The notes under the pieces were generated by a model, which was given only the letters and a program-made list of their open reading frames with translations, was not told the DNA's origin and searched no databases. From a virus (taxonomy: Duplodnaviria > Caudoviricetes), in the IMG/VR virus record IMGVR_UViG_3300048995_000008, positions 31,653 to 95,652 of that record: a DNA stretch of 64,000 nucleotides, one strand, 5' to 3'. The translations under genes were made by a program, and so were the position numbers. Positions 7,485 to 16,858 of the stretch are shown piece after piece. The stretch's first letter is position 1. Every line of letters starts with the position of its first letter.

Positions 7485-9557
7485 GTGACCAAATACAAGC
7501 CTTCACACTCCCTCTCCTTCGAGATGCCCGAAATGCGTCAGGAGGTCTACTATAGACCTCACTCGTCACTGCTCCCGCACGTCGACTGGACGCCGCCGAC
7601 CGCTGCCGAGATGCCGAGCTGGAAGGACGCGAAGCGTGTCTGCATCGACCTCGAGTGTCGCGATCCGCAGCTGCGCGTACTCGGACCAGGGTGTCGTCGG
7701 CGCGGCAACTATGTCGTGGGAGTGGGCTTCGCCATCGAGGATGGGCCTGAGTTCTACCTGCCGATGCGCCACGAGAGCGGCGACAACTGCGACTGGGACG
7801 TGTGGTCCTACGTGCAGGAGCAGATCAGAAACTTCAATGGCGTGATCGTCGGCAACGGGATGCAGTACGACCTAGACTGGCTCTGCCAGCCGAATGGCGA
7901 GGGATCACCGACTACAGACGCTGACCACCCTGTGTTGAAGAAGCGACACATGGACGTCCAGAATGCGGACGTCATGATCAATGAGCTGTATGACCGCTAC
8001 AACCTGGAGATTATGTGCGAGCGACACGGCCTGCCAGGAAAGGACGAGCGACATCTACGCGATGTGGCTGCGATCTATCGTGCAGACCCCAAGGTCGACA
8101 TGTGGCGCTTTCGTGGTCGCGACGTGGCCCGCTACTGCACGGTAGACGCGCGTAGGCCGCTTCAGCTGCTGAGACGACAGGAGGAGCTGATAGAGTCAGA
8201 GAAGGTGCAGTCCATCTGGGCGCTCGAGTGCAAGGTGACAAGGCTGTGCGTCAAGATGAGGCGACGTGGCGTGCGCGTCGACCTGGACAAGCTGGAGCAG
8301 GTGGAGCACAGAGCACGTGAAGTAAAGAGCGAGATGCTCCACAAGGTGTCGCACGCGACTGGTGTCAGGATCGGGATGGAGGACATCTGGAAATCTGTTG
8401 TGCTGGCTCAGGCACTGAAGGTCGCAGGCTACAGTGTGCCGAAGACTGACGTCAAGGTCAGCAAGAAGACAGGCAAGGAGACCGGTGGCGACAAAGACTC
8501 TGTCGACAAGTTCTTCTTGGCGAAGTGTGGAGAGATCGGGTCCTGGCTGCTGCGAGCACGTGGATGGGATCAGATCGAGAACAAGTTCGCTGCACAGGTG
8601 CGCAAGTACGGCGTTGATCACGGCATCGGACCAGACGGAAAGACACACTTCCGAGCGCACTGCACGTTCAACCAACTGCGTACGAGCGGAGGTGGAGAGG
8701 ACGGCAGTGAAGGTGAGGACGGCCGTGGCGTGCGCTATGGTCGGTTCAGCAGCACTGACTTCAACATGCAGGGTCAACCAGTTCGCGATGACGAGTATGG
8801 CGAGCTGTGGCGCAGCGTGTACGTGCCTGACTATAGCAGCGAGGGATGGTGCTGCAGCGACTGGTCGCAGCAGGAGCCACGCATCGGCGTGCACTACGCA
8901 GAGCTGCTGAATCTTCCAGGCGCCAAGGAGTTCGCTGATGCATACAGAGCGAATCCGCGGCTCGACATTCACCAGAAGCTAGCTGACCTCAGCGGTATCG
9001 TTCGCAAGATCGTTAAGAACTACGTCAACGGTCGCCTGTACGGTATGGGTGACCCTAAGCTCTGTCGCAGCATCAGCAAGCCTCTGGTGTGGAAGACTGT
9101 TAGGGGTGAGGAGCGCGAGGTACCAGGACCAGAGGGTCAAGCTATCATCGATCAGTTCGACAAGTTCGCACCGTGGGTGCGTGGTCTCGTCAGGGAGGCT
9201 GCACGTCAGGCTGATAAAGTCGGTCACGTGTGGACGATCCTGCGCCGGAAGTGTCGCTTTGTGAAGCTTGGTGAGGGTAGAAGCGGGCGAGGACGATACG
9301 ACAAGACGCACAAGGCGTACTCCAGGGTGGGTCAGGGTGGAGCGGCCGATCAGGCGAAGGCTACCGCCGTCAAGGCTGACGAGGATGGCATTCCACTGCA
9401 GATGGTCGTGCATGACGAGTTTGACTGGTCGTACTTTAGCTTAGAGGAGGTTAAGCACATGAAGGAGCTGCAGCTGACCACCGTGCAGTTCAATGTACCG
9501 ATGCTGGTCGACAGCGAGGTCGGCCGGTCGTGGGGTGAACTGGAGAAGATAGAGTGA
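7485..9557 (+). CDS. polA: family A DNA polymerase with 3'-5' exonuclease domain
   Basis: Exo I IDLE, Exo II N..YDL, Exo III YC..D; GRFSS..N.Q.QP, motif A DWSQQEPR, motif B K....G.LYGMG, motif C VHDE. Confidence 0.95.
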   Translation: MTKYKPSHSLSFEMPEMRQEVYYRPHSSLLPHVDWTPPTAAEMPSWKDAKRVCIDLECRDPQLRVLGPGCRRRGNYVVGVGFAIEDGPEFYLPMRHESGDNCDWDVWSYVQEQIRNFNGVIVGNGMQYDLDWLCQPNGEGSPTTDADHPVLKKRHMDVQNADVMINELYDRYNLEIMCERHGLPGKDERHLRDVAAIYRADPKVDMWRFRGRDVARYCTVDARRPLQLLRRQEELIESEKVQSIWALECKVTRLCVKMRRRGVRVDLDKLEQVEHRAREVKSEMLHKVSHATGVRIGMEDIWKSVVLAQALKVAGYSVPKTDVKVSKKTGKETGGDKDSVDKFFLAKCGEIGSWLLRARGWDQIENKFAAQVRKYGVDHGIGPDGKTHFRAHCTFNQLRTSGGGEDGSEGEDGRGVRYGRFSSTDFNMQGQPVRDDEYGELWRSVYVPDYSSEGWCCSDWSQQEPRIGVHYAELLNLPGAKEFADAYRANPRLDIHQKLADLSGIVRKIVKNYVNGRLYGMGDPKLCRSISKPLVWKTVRGEEREVPGPEGQAIIDQFDKFAPWVRGLVREAARQADKVGHVWTILRRKCRFVKLGEGRSGRGRYDKTHKAYSRVGQGGAADQAKATAVKADEDGIPLQMVVHDEFDWSYFSLEEVKHMKELQLTTVQFNVPMLVDSEVGRSWGELEKIE

Positions 9558-9723
9558 TCAGGTACGTCTTGGATCAGCTGCTGTGCTTCGTCGATTGCTG
9601 TGAGGATCACAGCTGGTGCGAGTACAAGGGCCTGCCGTGCAGACGCTGTCTCAGAGAAGATATCCGTCTCAGACGGATAAGGTCGTATGAGTCGCGCGGT
9701 CGACTGCCGAGAGCAATAGTGGT

Positions 9724-10068
9724 ATGAGATGGAGATCGTGGACTCTTGCCTCAGCACGAAGGCTTCTGCAGCAGTTAGAGCCAGAGCTCGCTAAGCGTGG
9801 CTGGCACTGCGGTCTCGTCGGCAGCGTAGTCATCAACGGCCGAAGCGACAAGGACCTTGACGTCATCGTCTATCAGCACAAGCAGACGACTCCGTGTCGA
9901 ATAGACACGATGCGTGAGGCACTGCACGTGTGTGGACTCAGGCAATTCATGACCAGAGAAGAGGTAGTCAGCACCTGGCGCAGGCAGGGCACGGCAGACG
10001 ACAAGTGGGTGGAGATCTGGACGACTGAGGACAGGCAGAGACGTATTGACCTCTTCGTGATAGGGTGA
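9724..10068 (+). CDS. minimal Pol-beta-superfamily nucleotidyltransferase
   Basis: hGS..G.S.KDLDh motif and distal IDLF third Asp. Confidence 0.65.
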   Translation: MRWRSWTLASARRLLQQLEPELAKRGWHCGLVGSVVINGRSDKDLDVIVYQHKQTTPCRIDTMREALHVCGLRQFMTREEVVSTWRRQGTADDKWVEIWTTEDRQRRIDLFVIG

Positions 10069-10134
10069 AACGCCTGAGATGGCGGACATCGCGGCTAAGA
10101 CCTGCATGGCGATGCTTGGAAGAGTGAGGTTTGA

Positions 10135-10344
10135 ATGAGTGACGATTTTCAGATTGCCGATCCTTATGGCGATGAACAGCACAAGGGACAGCGCTATACG
10201 CATCTCGTCGTAATCTTTCGCGAGCAGGAGCCGTCCGTGGTCGGCTTCTGTAGTCTCAAGGAAGCTATGAAGTACGCTGACGACGCAGGTGCACAGTGGT
10301 CGGAGACGTACGTAACACAGATTATCAAGGGGCCGCTCGTATGA
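10135..10344 (+). CDS. hypothetical protein
   Basis: GAGG RBS; ATGA overlap with the exonuclease gene. Confidence 0.55.
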   Translation: MSDDFQIADPYGDEQHKGQRYTHLVVIFREQEPSVVGFCSLKEAMKYADDAGAQWSETYVTQIIKGPLV

Positions 10345-11138
10345 CTGCCATCGTCCTCGATACGGAGACAACCGGGTTATCACCGGATAACGATCGCATC
10401 ATCGAGATCGCCATCCTTCCGTGGGATGGCTCTGACGCCTTCCTCATACACGAGCGCATCAACCCGGGTGTGCCGATCCCTCCGAAGATCACTGAGATAA
10501 CAGGTATCGATGACTCTATGGTACGGGACTGTCCTCGCTTCGAGCAGTTCGCGATGCGCATCTGTGAGATCGTCACTGCTTCTGACGCCATCCTCGGATA
10601 CAATCCTGCCTTCGACAAGTCGATGATCGCAGCAGAGCTAAAGCGATGTGGCTACGCGCCGACTTGGCCTCTGCTGGTCGACGCTAAGCGCGTGTGGGAC
10701 ATCTACGAGCCGAGAGAGAAGCGTGACCTGCAGAACGCCTACAAGCGCTTCGTCAGCGGTGACGGATTCGATGGAGCGCACGGCGCTCGGCGTGACACGT
10801 GGGCTACACGAGAGACGCTACGAGCGCAGATCGATGCGTTTGGTCTGCACGACGTCCCGTGGGACCAGCTCGATCCGGAGAGAGCGTTGTGGTGGGGGCC
10901 AAGCAATCACGTTATCGTCGTCGATAGCATTCTCGTCATGAACTTCGGCAAGCATGAGTCCAGGCCGTGTGACGAGGTAGACGTCGGATTCTGGAGATGG
11001 CTGTCCAGCAAGGACTTCCCTGACCACATGACCTTATTAGCATTGAAGTGTATAGAGCTGAGCAGAACACATCGTGGCGAGCAACTGCGTAGAGCGATCA
11101 GCGACTGGGGTATGGCGTACAAGGAAAAGATGACATGA
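10341..11138 (+). CDS. DEDDh 3'-5' exonuclease (DnaQ/ExoX-like)
   Basis: LDTETTG, GYN..FD, AHGA..D, C-terminal FGKH module. Confidence 0.92.
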   Translation: MTAIVLDTETTGLSPDNDRIIEIAILPWDGSDAFLIHERINPGVPIPPKITEITGIDDSMVRDCPRFEQFAMRICEIVTASDAILGYNPAFDKSMIAAELKRCGYAPTWPLLVDAKRVWDIYEPREKRDLQNAYKRFVSGDGFDGAHGARRDTWATRETLRAQIDAFGLHDVPWDQLDPERALWWGPSNHVIVVDSILVMNFGKHESRPCDEVDVGFWRWLSSKDFPDHMTLLALKCIELSRTHRGEQLRRAISDWGMAYKEKMT

Positions 11139-11359
11139 CTACAGACATCGATCTAGAGCTTCTTCTGCTCAAGGCGCGTACCATTACAGAATCGATGTCA
11201 GCAGAGCAACTAGCACACGAGCGTCACCTGCAGCGCATCTGCTTCGTCACGGGCAATCTCCTTCTATCTGCTGGCGAGCTCGGTGCGTCTGACGAGACAG
11301 CGCTGTGTGACAGAGTGCGCGCAGCGGCGGGACCATGCCCGTGTGGGAGATGTCTGTGA
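11135..11359 (+). CDS. hypothetical protein
   Basis: Coupled ORF with C-terminal CPCGRC. Confidence 0.5.
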   Translation: MTTDIDLELLLLKARTITESMSAEQLAHERHLQRICFVTGNLLLSAGELGASDETALCDRVRAAAGPCPCGRCL

Positions 11360-11607
11360 CCAAGACGATCCTCGACCGCTACCTGTCGCTCGATACTGAC
11401 TACGGTACTCAGGCTCATCAGGCTGCGTTCTCACGACGCATGCTTCGCCTGCAAGAGCTCGAGCCATGCTCGCGTGACCACACCGACGACTGTGTCGAGA
11501 TACGTCAGGAGGACGGCTCTAAGAAGGTGATAGTCTGGTCGACGCATACGTCCAAGTGTTACTCACAAGAGACAGTCGAGCGTGTGCGAAGAGAGGAGCT
11601 GTCGTGA
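11356..11607 (+). CDS. hypothetical protein
   Basis: GTGA overlaps on both sides. Confidence 0.5.
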   Translation: MTKTILDRYLSLDTDYGTQAHQAAFSRRMLRLQELEPCSRDHTDDCVEIRQEDGSKKVIVWSTHTSKCYSQETVERVRREELS

Positions 11608-12233
11608 CGCTCACACAGGGATGGATTAGTCACTTCTACGAGATCGCACTGCTGGTATCGACGCGCAGCAAGGATCCGTCCACCCGGGTTGGCGCGCTGG
11701 TGGTGGACGACGCACGAAGGATCGTCGGCAGCGGCTACAACGGGTTTCCTCGCGGCGTAGATGACGATCCTGCGCGCTACGCAGATCGTCCGGTCAAGCT
11801 TGCCATGGTCGTTCACGCCGAGGTGAACGCGATCCTCAACGCGGCGAAGTCAGTGCGTGGCTGTGTGCTCGTGTCTATGCGCGGTCCGTGCAGCGCGTGC
11901 AGCGGTGTGATCATACAGAGTGGCATCGACCGAGTCGTGTGTCCTGATCTGCCAGCGAACAGCAAGTGGCAGGACGACTGGATGCTCTCTCAGCAGATGC
12001 TGAGAGAGGCAGGCGTGCCAGTAGATCATGCACCACTGCCGAGACACGGCAGGACGCAAGAGGAGTACTACGTAGACGGACTGCGCGTGGTGAGCAACTA
12101 CCTGCGCCCGTCGCATCGCGCGGACTGCGACAGTGTCGGTGTGGGACCATGCAGGAATGGATGCGACATGGAGCCGATGACTGACATGGCTGAAGAGACG
12201 ATCTCCAGACTGTTACGAGGTAAATCGCTATGA
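11604..12233 (+). CDS. dCMP deaminase
   Basis: SKDPST.VGA, GYNGFPRG, HAE.NAI, PC..C zinc motifs. Confidence 0.93.
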   Translation: MTLTQGWISHFYEIALLVSTRSKDPSTRVGALVVDDARRIVGSGYNGFPRGVDDDPARYADRPVKLAMVVHAEVNAILNAAKSVRGCVLVSMRGPCSACSGVIIQSGIDRVVCPDLPANSKWQDDWMLSQQMLREAGVPVDHAPLPRHGRTQEEYYVDGLRVVSNYLRPSHRADCDSVGVGPCRNGCDMEPMTDMAEETISRLLRGKSL

Positions 12234-12616
12234 AGATCATAGACCCAGGCCATCACTACTCGCTAGACAGGCTCGACTTTGACGAGACTGAGGATCCTGT
12301 GCTGTTGCGATTCGTCAAGCGGATTGGCGACAAGTTTCCGGGCAACACAGCGCCTGCGTACGACGGCACTACGACACAAGAGGTGCTGCGAGTACTGATA
12401 GATCGTACGAAGTACGTCGATGCTCAGTCCCACTGGGAGGAGAACGATCTAGTGCTGCACCACCTGCGCACGGCGCTGCTGTGGCTCGAGTACAGGGCAG
12501 CTAAGGCTCGCAGAGACGCAGAAGCAATGCGTCTGGTGTGGAGTGATGGCAGTATCGAACAGCAGCCGACATGTAGCGTCTGCGGACACGTGCGGTGTGA
12601 CATAAAGGAACACTGA
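12230..12616 (+). CDS. Tad1-like (anti-Thoeris/CBASS signal sponge) protein with C-terminal CxxCxHxxC
   Basis: PG.H.Y..F.K..G.....L....DR........EN...L.H...AL.W...R pattern aligns by eye with Tad1. Confidence 0.6.
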   Translation: MKIIDPGHHYSLDRLDFDETEDPVLLRFVKRIGDKFPGNTAPAYDGTTTQEVLRVLIDRTKYVDAQSHWEENDLVLHHLRTALLWLEYRAAKARRDAEAMRLVWSDGSIEQQPTCSVCGHVRCDIKEH

Positions 12617-13460
12617 TGCCTCCTGGATGCCCGGTGTCCGCGTGTTCGATTCCTGCTGATGGCACACAACGTAATAAACCCTAAGGGACACTCAAATGCA
12701 AGTCAAGATCCACCACCGCTGGAATACTGAACCCTGCGCCGTCGAGATCGTTCCGGACAATTGCGACAATCCCATGCGCGCCGCGATCATCCAGGCCGTG
12801 GCGCGCGGCGCCGACCTCATCGGCGCCGACCTCACCCGCGCCAACCTCACTGGCGCCAACCTTACCAACGCCAACCTTACCAACGCCGACCTCACTGGCG
12901 CCGACCTCACTGGCGCCAACCTCGCCGGCGCCAGCCTCACTGACGCCAATTTCACCGACGCCAGTTTCACCAGCGCTAACCTCACCCGCGCCGACCTCGC
13001 CGTCGCCAACCTCACCCGCGCCGACTTCACTGGCGCCAACCTCACTGGCGCCAACCTCGCCGGCGCCAGCCTCACCGACGCCCGCCAGGACTTCCGTTTG
13101 GTGTTGGATGCTGCGCCAAACGAAGTCTCTGGGCTCCTGCTCGCACTACGCGAGGGTCGCATCGATGGCACACAGTATGAGGGCGAGTGTGCATGCCTCA
13201 AGGGCACCATCGCCAACATCCGGCACTGCGATTACCGCGATCTGGGCGATGCCGACGCGCTCAGACCAGACAGCAAACGGCCATCGGAGCGCTTGTTCAT
13301 GGGCATTTCGCCAGGACATCTTCCGAGCATCAACCACGTCGCGAAGATCGTGGAGGGCTGGATCCTGGAGTGGCAGGCCGAGCGGGCATCCGCGTAGGTC
13401 AGTCACCCTGAACGTCTGTGGACATATGCGATATAACAGAAAGGAACACTAATGTCTCCT
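12578..13460. repeat. 47-bp imperfect direct repeats (12578-12624 and 13414-13460) flanking the pentapeptide gene
   Basis: 38/47 identical, ungapped, by manual alignment. Confidence 0.8.
12696..13397 (+). CDS. pentapeptide repeat protein with C-terminal Cys-containing domain
   Basis: About 18 A(D/N/S)(L/F)xx repeats, then [17 protein letters not shown]. Confidence 0.9.
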   Translation: MQVKIHHRWNTEPCAVEIVPDNCDNPMRAAIIQAVARGADLIGADLTRANLTGANLTNANLTNADLTGADLTGANLAGASLTDANFTDASFTSANLTRADLAVANLTRADFTGANLTGANLAGASLTDARQDFRLVLDAAPNEVSGLLLALREGRIDGTQYEGECACLKGTIANIRHCDYRDLGDADALRPDSKRPSERLFMGISPGHLPSINHVAKIVEGWILEWQAERASA

Positions 13461-14021
13461 CATCATGATGACTGGATCGGCGTAGATCTAGACAGAACAC
13501 TCGCTGTTCGCAGCTCAGGCGACTCACTTCAGCAGATCGGCCCTCCGATTCACGCGATGGTCAACCGTGTGAAGGCGTGGCTTCGTGCAGGCAATAACGT
13601 GAAGATCGTGACTGCACGTGTTCACCCGTCGCACGACGACGCTGATGACCAGCGTCGCCTGATACAGCAGTGGTGCGTCGGTGTGATCGGTATTGAGCTC
13701 GAGGTGACCTGCATGAAGGACCACAGGATGATCGAGCTGTGGGATGACTTGGCGGTGCGAGTGGAAGAGAACACTGGACGACAGCTTTCACCATCTTGTG
13801 ACAATCCTTCGCCACGACCACAGCACGACGTAGGTGCCCTCGGTTATATACGCGAAGCAGTCGAGCTATTGCGCAGACAGCGAGACCAGCACGGAGACAA
13901 GAGCGACAAGTATGACGAGTTGACCGTCGTCGCGCGTAATCTTCGCGATACGTTCGAGTGGCTGTATCCGCTACATTGGACCGATCCAGAGCACGTGCCA
14001 TTCAGAGAGAGGAAATGGTGA
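13452..14021 (+). CDS. HAD-superfamily phosphatase (PNK 3'-phosphatase-like)
   Basis: IGVDLDRTL, IVTAR, K, LWDD motifs. Confidence 0.8.
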   Translation: MSPHHDDWIGVDLDRTLAVRSSGDSLQQIGPPIHAMVNRVKAWLRAGNNVKIVTARVHPSHDDADDQRRLIQQWCVGVIGIELEVTCMKDHRMIELWDDLAVRVEENTGRQLSPSCDNPSPRPQHDVGALGYIREAVELLRRQRDQHGDKSDKYDELTVVARNLRDTFEWLYPLHWTDPEHVPFRERKW

Positions 14022-14446
14022 GCGAGGAGTCCAAGGTCCGCAGCGACATCGTCGCCATCCTCAAACCTCTACTGGCCTTTCCGGTAGAGAACACAGCGGC
14101 AGTTGGCTGTCCGGACGTGTGCTGTCTGCTCGGATGGGTAGAGGTCAAGCTCGCAGAGAGGCCAGTGCGACACGATACTCGTGTAGACGTAGCTGTGCGG
14201 CCTGCGCAGCGTCTCTGGATGCGCGCCTGGAGCAAGCATGGTGGACACTGCTGGTGGCTCACCAGACTGCGCGGTGGGACTGACCTGGCAGACCTGTGGA
14301 CGCTGCACATCGGTGGCGTCGGCGCTGATCATCTCGGTCACTGGACCGAGAGACAGATGATTCAGCATGCGCTGTGGCACGAGCAGCGGCTGAACAGCGT
14401 ACCGCCTGACTTCGTGAAGGTACTGCTCGCTGCGGTCAGTCGATGA
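14015..14446 (+). CDS. PD-(D/E)xK nuclease (VRR-NUC/Holliday junction resolvase-like)
   Basis: E..GCPD..WVEVK..RPAQ..W...GG. Confidence 0.8.
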   Translation: MVSEESKVRSDIVAILKPLLAFPVENTAAVGCPDVCCLLGWVEVKLAERPVRHDTRVDVAVRPAQRLWMRAWSKHGGHCWWLTRLRGGTDLADLWTLHIGGVGADHLGHWTERQMIQHALWHEQRLNSVPPDFVKVLLAAVSR

Positions 14447-14694
14447 GTGATGATCTCTATGATAAGCTGACAGACAGTGCCGTCTGGTTTCGTCTAAAGG
14501 AGATGCTGTCACATGCTATCATGAGCCTGCCAGAATCAGAGGAGAAGCAGCGATACCTTAGCTTCATGAATCATGAGTGGCCTGGTCACGCGCCGAGATC
14601 GCGCGAGATAGCTACACTGGTCAGCAGGACGACGCTGCTGCAGCGAGAGAAGGACAAGCTAGTGCTGCTGCTGACCGTTCCGGTGAAGAAGTGA
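14443..14694 (+). CDS. hypothetical protein
   Basis: Coupled ORF. Confidence 0.5.
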   Translation: MSDDLYDKLTDSAVWFRLKEMLSHAIMSLPESEEKQRYLSFMNHEWPGHAPRSREIATLVSRTTLLQREKDKLVLLLTVPVKK

Positions 14695-14767
14695 CTAACG
14701 CGGCAGACCTAGACAGGAGACTGCATGTGATCGAGTACGTAGCGAACTGGTTCAGAAGGAGACATCG

Positions 14768-15256
14768 ATGATCAAGTACTTTCTAGACAAGCCTCACTGC
14801 CCCAGCCTGGATCTTCGTCTCGAGCGTCAATCCGCTGGCGCGTCTGGCTACGATCTGATGGCCAACTTGTCCGTAGCGCGTGAGATGCAGCCTGGCGAGC
14901 GATGGTTCGTGTCGACTGGCCTGTACCTCGAGATGCCATCTGGTGTCGAGGGACAGATCCGAAGTCGCAGTGGGCTCGCCAAGAATCATGGTGTGATTGT
15001 GCTGAACGCGCCAGGTACGATCGACAGCGACTTTCGTGGCGAGGTCTGCGTGACCTTGCTGAACACTGACAGATCGCAGCCACACACGATTCACCCGGGT
15101 AACAGAGTGGCGCAGCTGGTCTTCGCGCCGGTGGTGGGTGCCGACGTCTACCAGCTGGCAGTGCAGCGCAGCTGGGAGCCTGTGCGGGTCGGCAGTCGTG
15201 GAGAGCTGTCTCTCACAGCTCGAGGTGCCAGTGGCCACGGAAGCACAGGACAGTGA
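14768..15256 (+). CDS. dut: trimeric dUTPase
   Basis: Motifs SGYDL, RSGLA, GTIDSDFRGE, RVAQL, RGASGHGSTG. Confidence 0.96.
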   Translation: MIKYFLDKPHCPSLDLRLERQSAGASGYDLMANLSVAREMQPGERWFVSTGLYLEMPSGVEGQIRSRSGLAKNHGVIVLNAPGTIDSDFRGEVCVTLLNTDRSQPHTIHPGNRVAQLVFAPVVGADVYQLAVQRSWEPVRVGSRGELSLTARGASGHGSTGQ

Positions 15257-15822
15257 TGACCACCGCCAGCGTGATCGTCGAGAGACTTGTAGCCAACGCA
15301 GGCGCTGGCCGCGGACTGTGGGTCGGTCTCGATATCGAGCGCAGTCCTCGCCACGAGCTGCTGAGGCTAGAGCTCGAGTCTACGCCGAATCCGACTGGAC
15401 GTCTTCGGCTGACCGAGGACACGCACGTCACGATCGCGCATCTTGGCAGAGAGTGCGGTAGACGCGAGGTTGAGGCAGCGGTTACTGCCTGCCATGTTCT
15501 GTCGAGGATGCTGCACGTGACTAGTGTCAGCGTTGAGGGACTCGGCAGGCTGCGAGATCATCTCGTGGCTGTCATAGCACCAAGATGGATTGACGACGTG
15601 GTGGCGCACGTCGAGCGATGTCTCGCCGACAGTCATGTTCACGCTGATCGCTCGTTTGTCGGCATTCGTCACGTGTCGATCGGCACTGTGGCAGGACAGA
15701 ACGTGACGATGATGATGCCGAGGATCAGCGGCTATACACTGCGCATGCACGAGTTGATGACGGTGTGCGGCGACGATCGCATCAGCTTTCCGCTGCTGGC
15801 CGAGAAACCGAGTGTCTTCTAG
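15253..15822 (+). CDS. 2H phosphoesterase (LigT/Acb1-like fold)
   Basis: Two HxT/S motifs, THVTIAHLG and RHVSIG, ~80 aa apart. Confidence 0.75.
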   Translation: MMTTASVIVERLVANAGAGRGLWVGLDIERSPRHELLRLELESTPNPTGRLRLTEDTHVTIAHLGRECGRREVEAAVTACHVLSRMLHVTSVSVEGLGRLRDHLVAVIAPRWIDDVVAHVERCLADSHVHADRSFVGIRHVSIGTVAGQNVTMMMPRISGYTLRMHELMTVCGDDRISFPLLAEKPSVF

Positions 15823-16060
15823 GATGCTGAGATGGCTGAGAAGAACAGTGGACGACGAATATGAGGGACTGCGTCTGCGATGCGCAGCTCTTGCGGCGGA
15901 GCTCCGCACGAGAGAAGATCTCGCACAGCGCGTAGACGATCTTGAGGTCGCCCTGAAGGACACCATAGACGTCGCACTCGGCGACGGTCGCGAGCCGATG
16001 GATCACGCTCGACAGATGCGTATTCGCATAGCGCAGCGTGTACTGCGTGCGAGGATATAG
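15812..16060 (+). CDS. coiled-coil hypothetical protein
   Basis: ORF in operon. Confidence 0.5.
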   Translation: MSSRMLRWLRRTVDDEYEGLRLRCAALAAELRTREDLAQRVDDLEVALKDTIDVALGDGREPMDHARQMRIRIAQRVLRARI

Positions 16061-16078
16061 ACCAAAGCTTATTCGCGC

Positions 16079-16231
16079 TTGTGGCGCTGCGGTGCTGGTG
16101 TACTATAGGCTGTAATGGATGAAAAGCTGCAACGGTGCCTCGACGAGCTTCGGCGTCTCCGAGAGGGATTTGCCGAGGGTTTGTATACTGAGGAGGAGGC
16201 GGCCGCGACTGCCATCGACACGGTGTATAAT
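16079..16231 (+). promoter_or_regulatory. cluster of -10-like elements (TACTAT 16101, TATACT 16184, TATAAT 16226)
   Basis: Three TG-preceded -10 hexamers in an intergenic gap before a new operon. Confidence 0.5.
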
Positions 16232-16272
16232 ACCTTACGTGAGTCTGCACTCGGACGAGGAAGGGGATAGTC

Positions 16273-16626
16273 ATGGGACAGTGGCGACTAACCACGCGCG
16301 AGGATGGACCGGCGCGCGTGATGCTGATGCTAGCGTACGGCAGTCGCACGCTAGGTGTGGTGAATATGTCGCGTGGGGAGTATGACTCCCTATGTCGCTT
16401 CGTGATGAGTAACTTCGTCGCGATGGTTGGCCAGGAGCTGTTCGACAAGGTGCAACAGAAGCTCTGGCAGGACGCGCAGCGCGCGTGTCGCGAAGATGCG
16501 GAGCTTGCGAAGCAGCGGTTGATCGACTTCGGCTGGTCCTTCGATGGAATCAAGAGCTTCGCGCATCAGATGACGCTGCATTTAGCGGAGAGGTTGTTAG
16601 GCGAGCTGCCGGAGTACCTGAGGTAA
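16273..16626 (+). CDS. hypothetical protein
   Basis: Purine-rich RBS, ATG. Confidence 0.6.
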   Translation: MGQWRLTTREDGPARVMLMLAYGSRTLGVVNMSRGEYDSLCRFVMSNFVAMVGQELFDKVQQKLWQDAQRACREDAELAKQRLIDFGWSFDGIKSFAHQMTLHLAERLLGELPEYLR

Positions 16627-16639
16627 TACGGAGGCTACT

Positions 16640-16858
16640 GTGACTAGAGAACAGGTCAAGAAGATCGAGCAGATCAACTCTGCTGCGCGCGAGGCTATTT
16701 GCTGCGCGATCGGCGCGCAAGCTGGTAGTGTATCTGCAGAGCGCTCTAGACAAAGTCTAGATGAGTTCAGAAGACTTGTCTCTGCTGACCCTGTACTGTG
16801 GCTGGATCTCACACGAGAGTGGAGCAGCGTCTCTAGTGCGTTCACAGGTGGTGAGTGA
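16640..16858 (+). CDS. hypothetical protein
   Basis: GGAGG RBS. Confidence 0.6.
   Translation: MTREQVKKIEQINSAAREAICCAIGAQAGSVSAERSRQSLDEFRRLVSADPVLWLDLTREWSSVSSAFTGGE

Noticed and set aside
12617-12664. tRNA-like GTTCGATTCC motif
   Set aside because: Too short, no D or anticodon arms, T-stem mismatched; not called as tRNA or attP, and no integrase is seen
12692-13219. Minus-strand ORF with VRLAP repeats
   Set aside because: Shadow of the pentapeptide repeat gene
12578-13460. Diversity-generating retroelement TR/VR pair
   Set aside because: Differences are not adenine-specific and no reverse transcriptase is in the window; the 99-bp THAHY repeat is invariant
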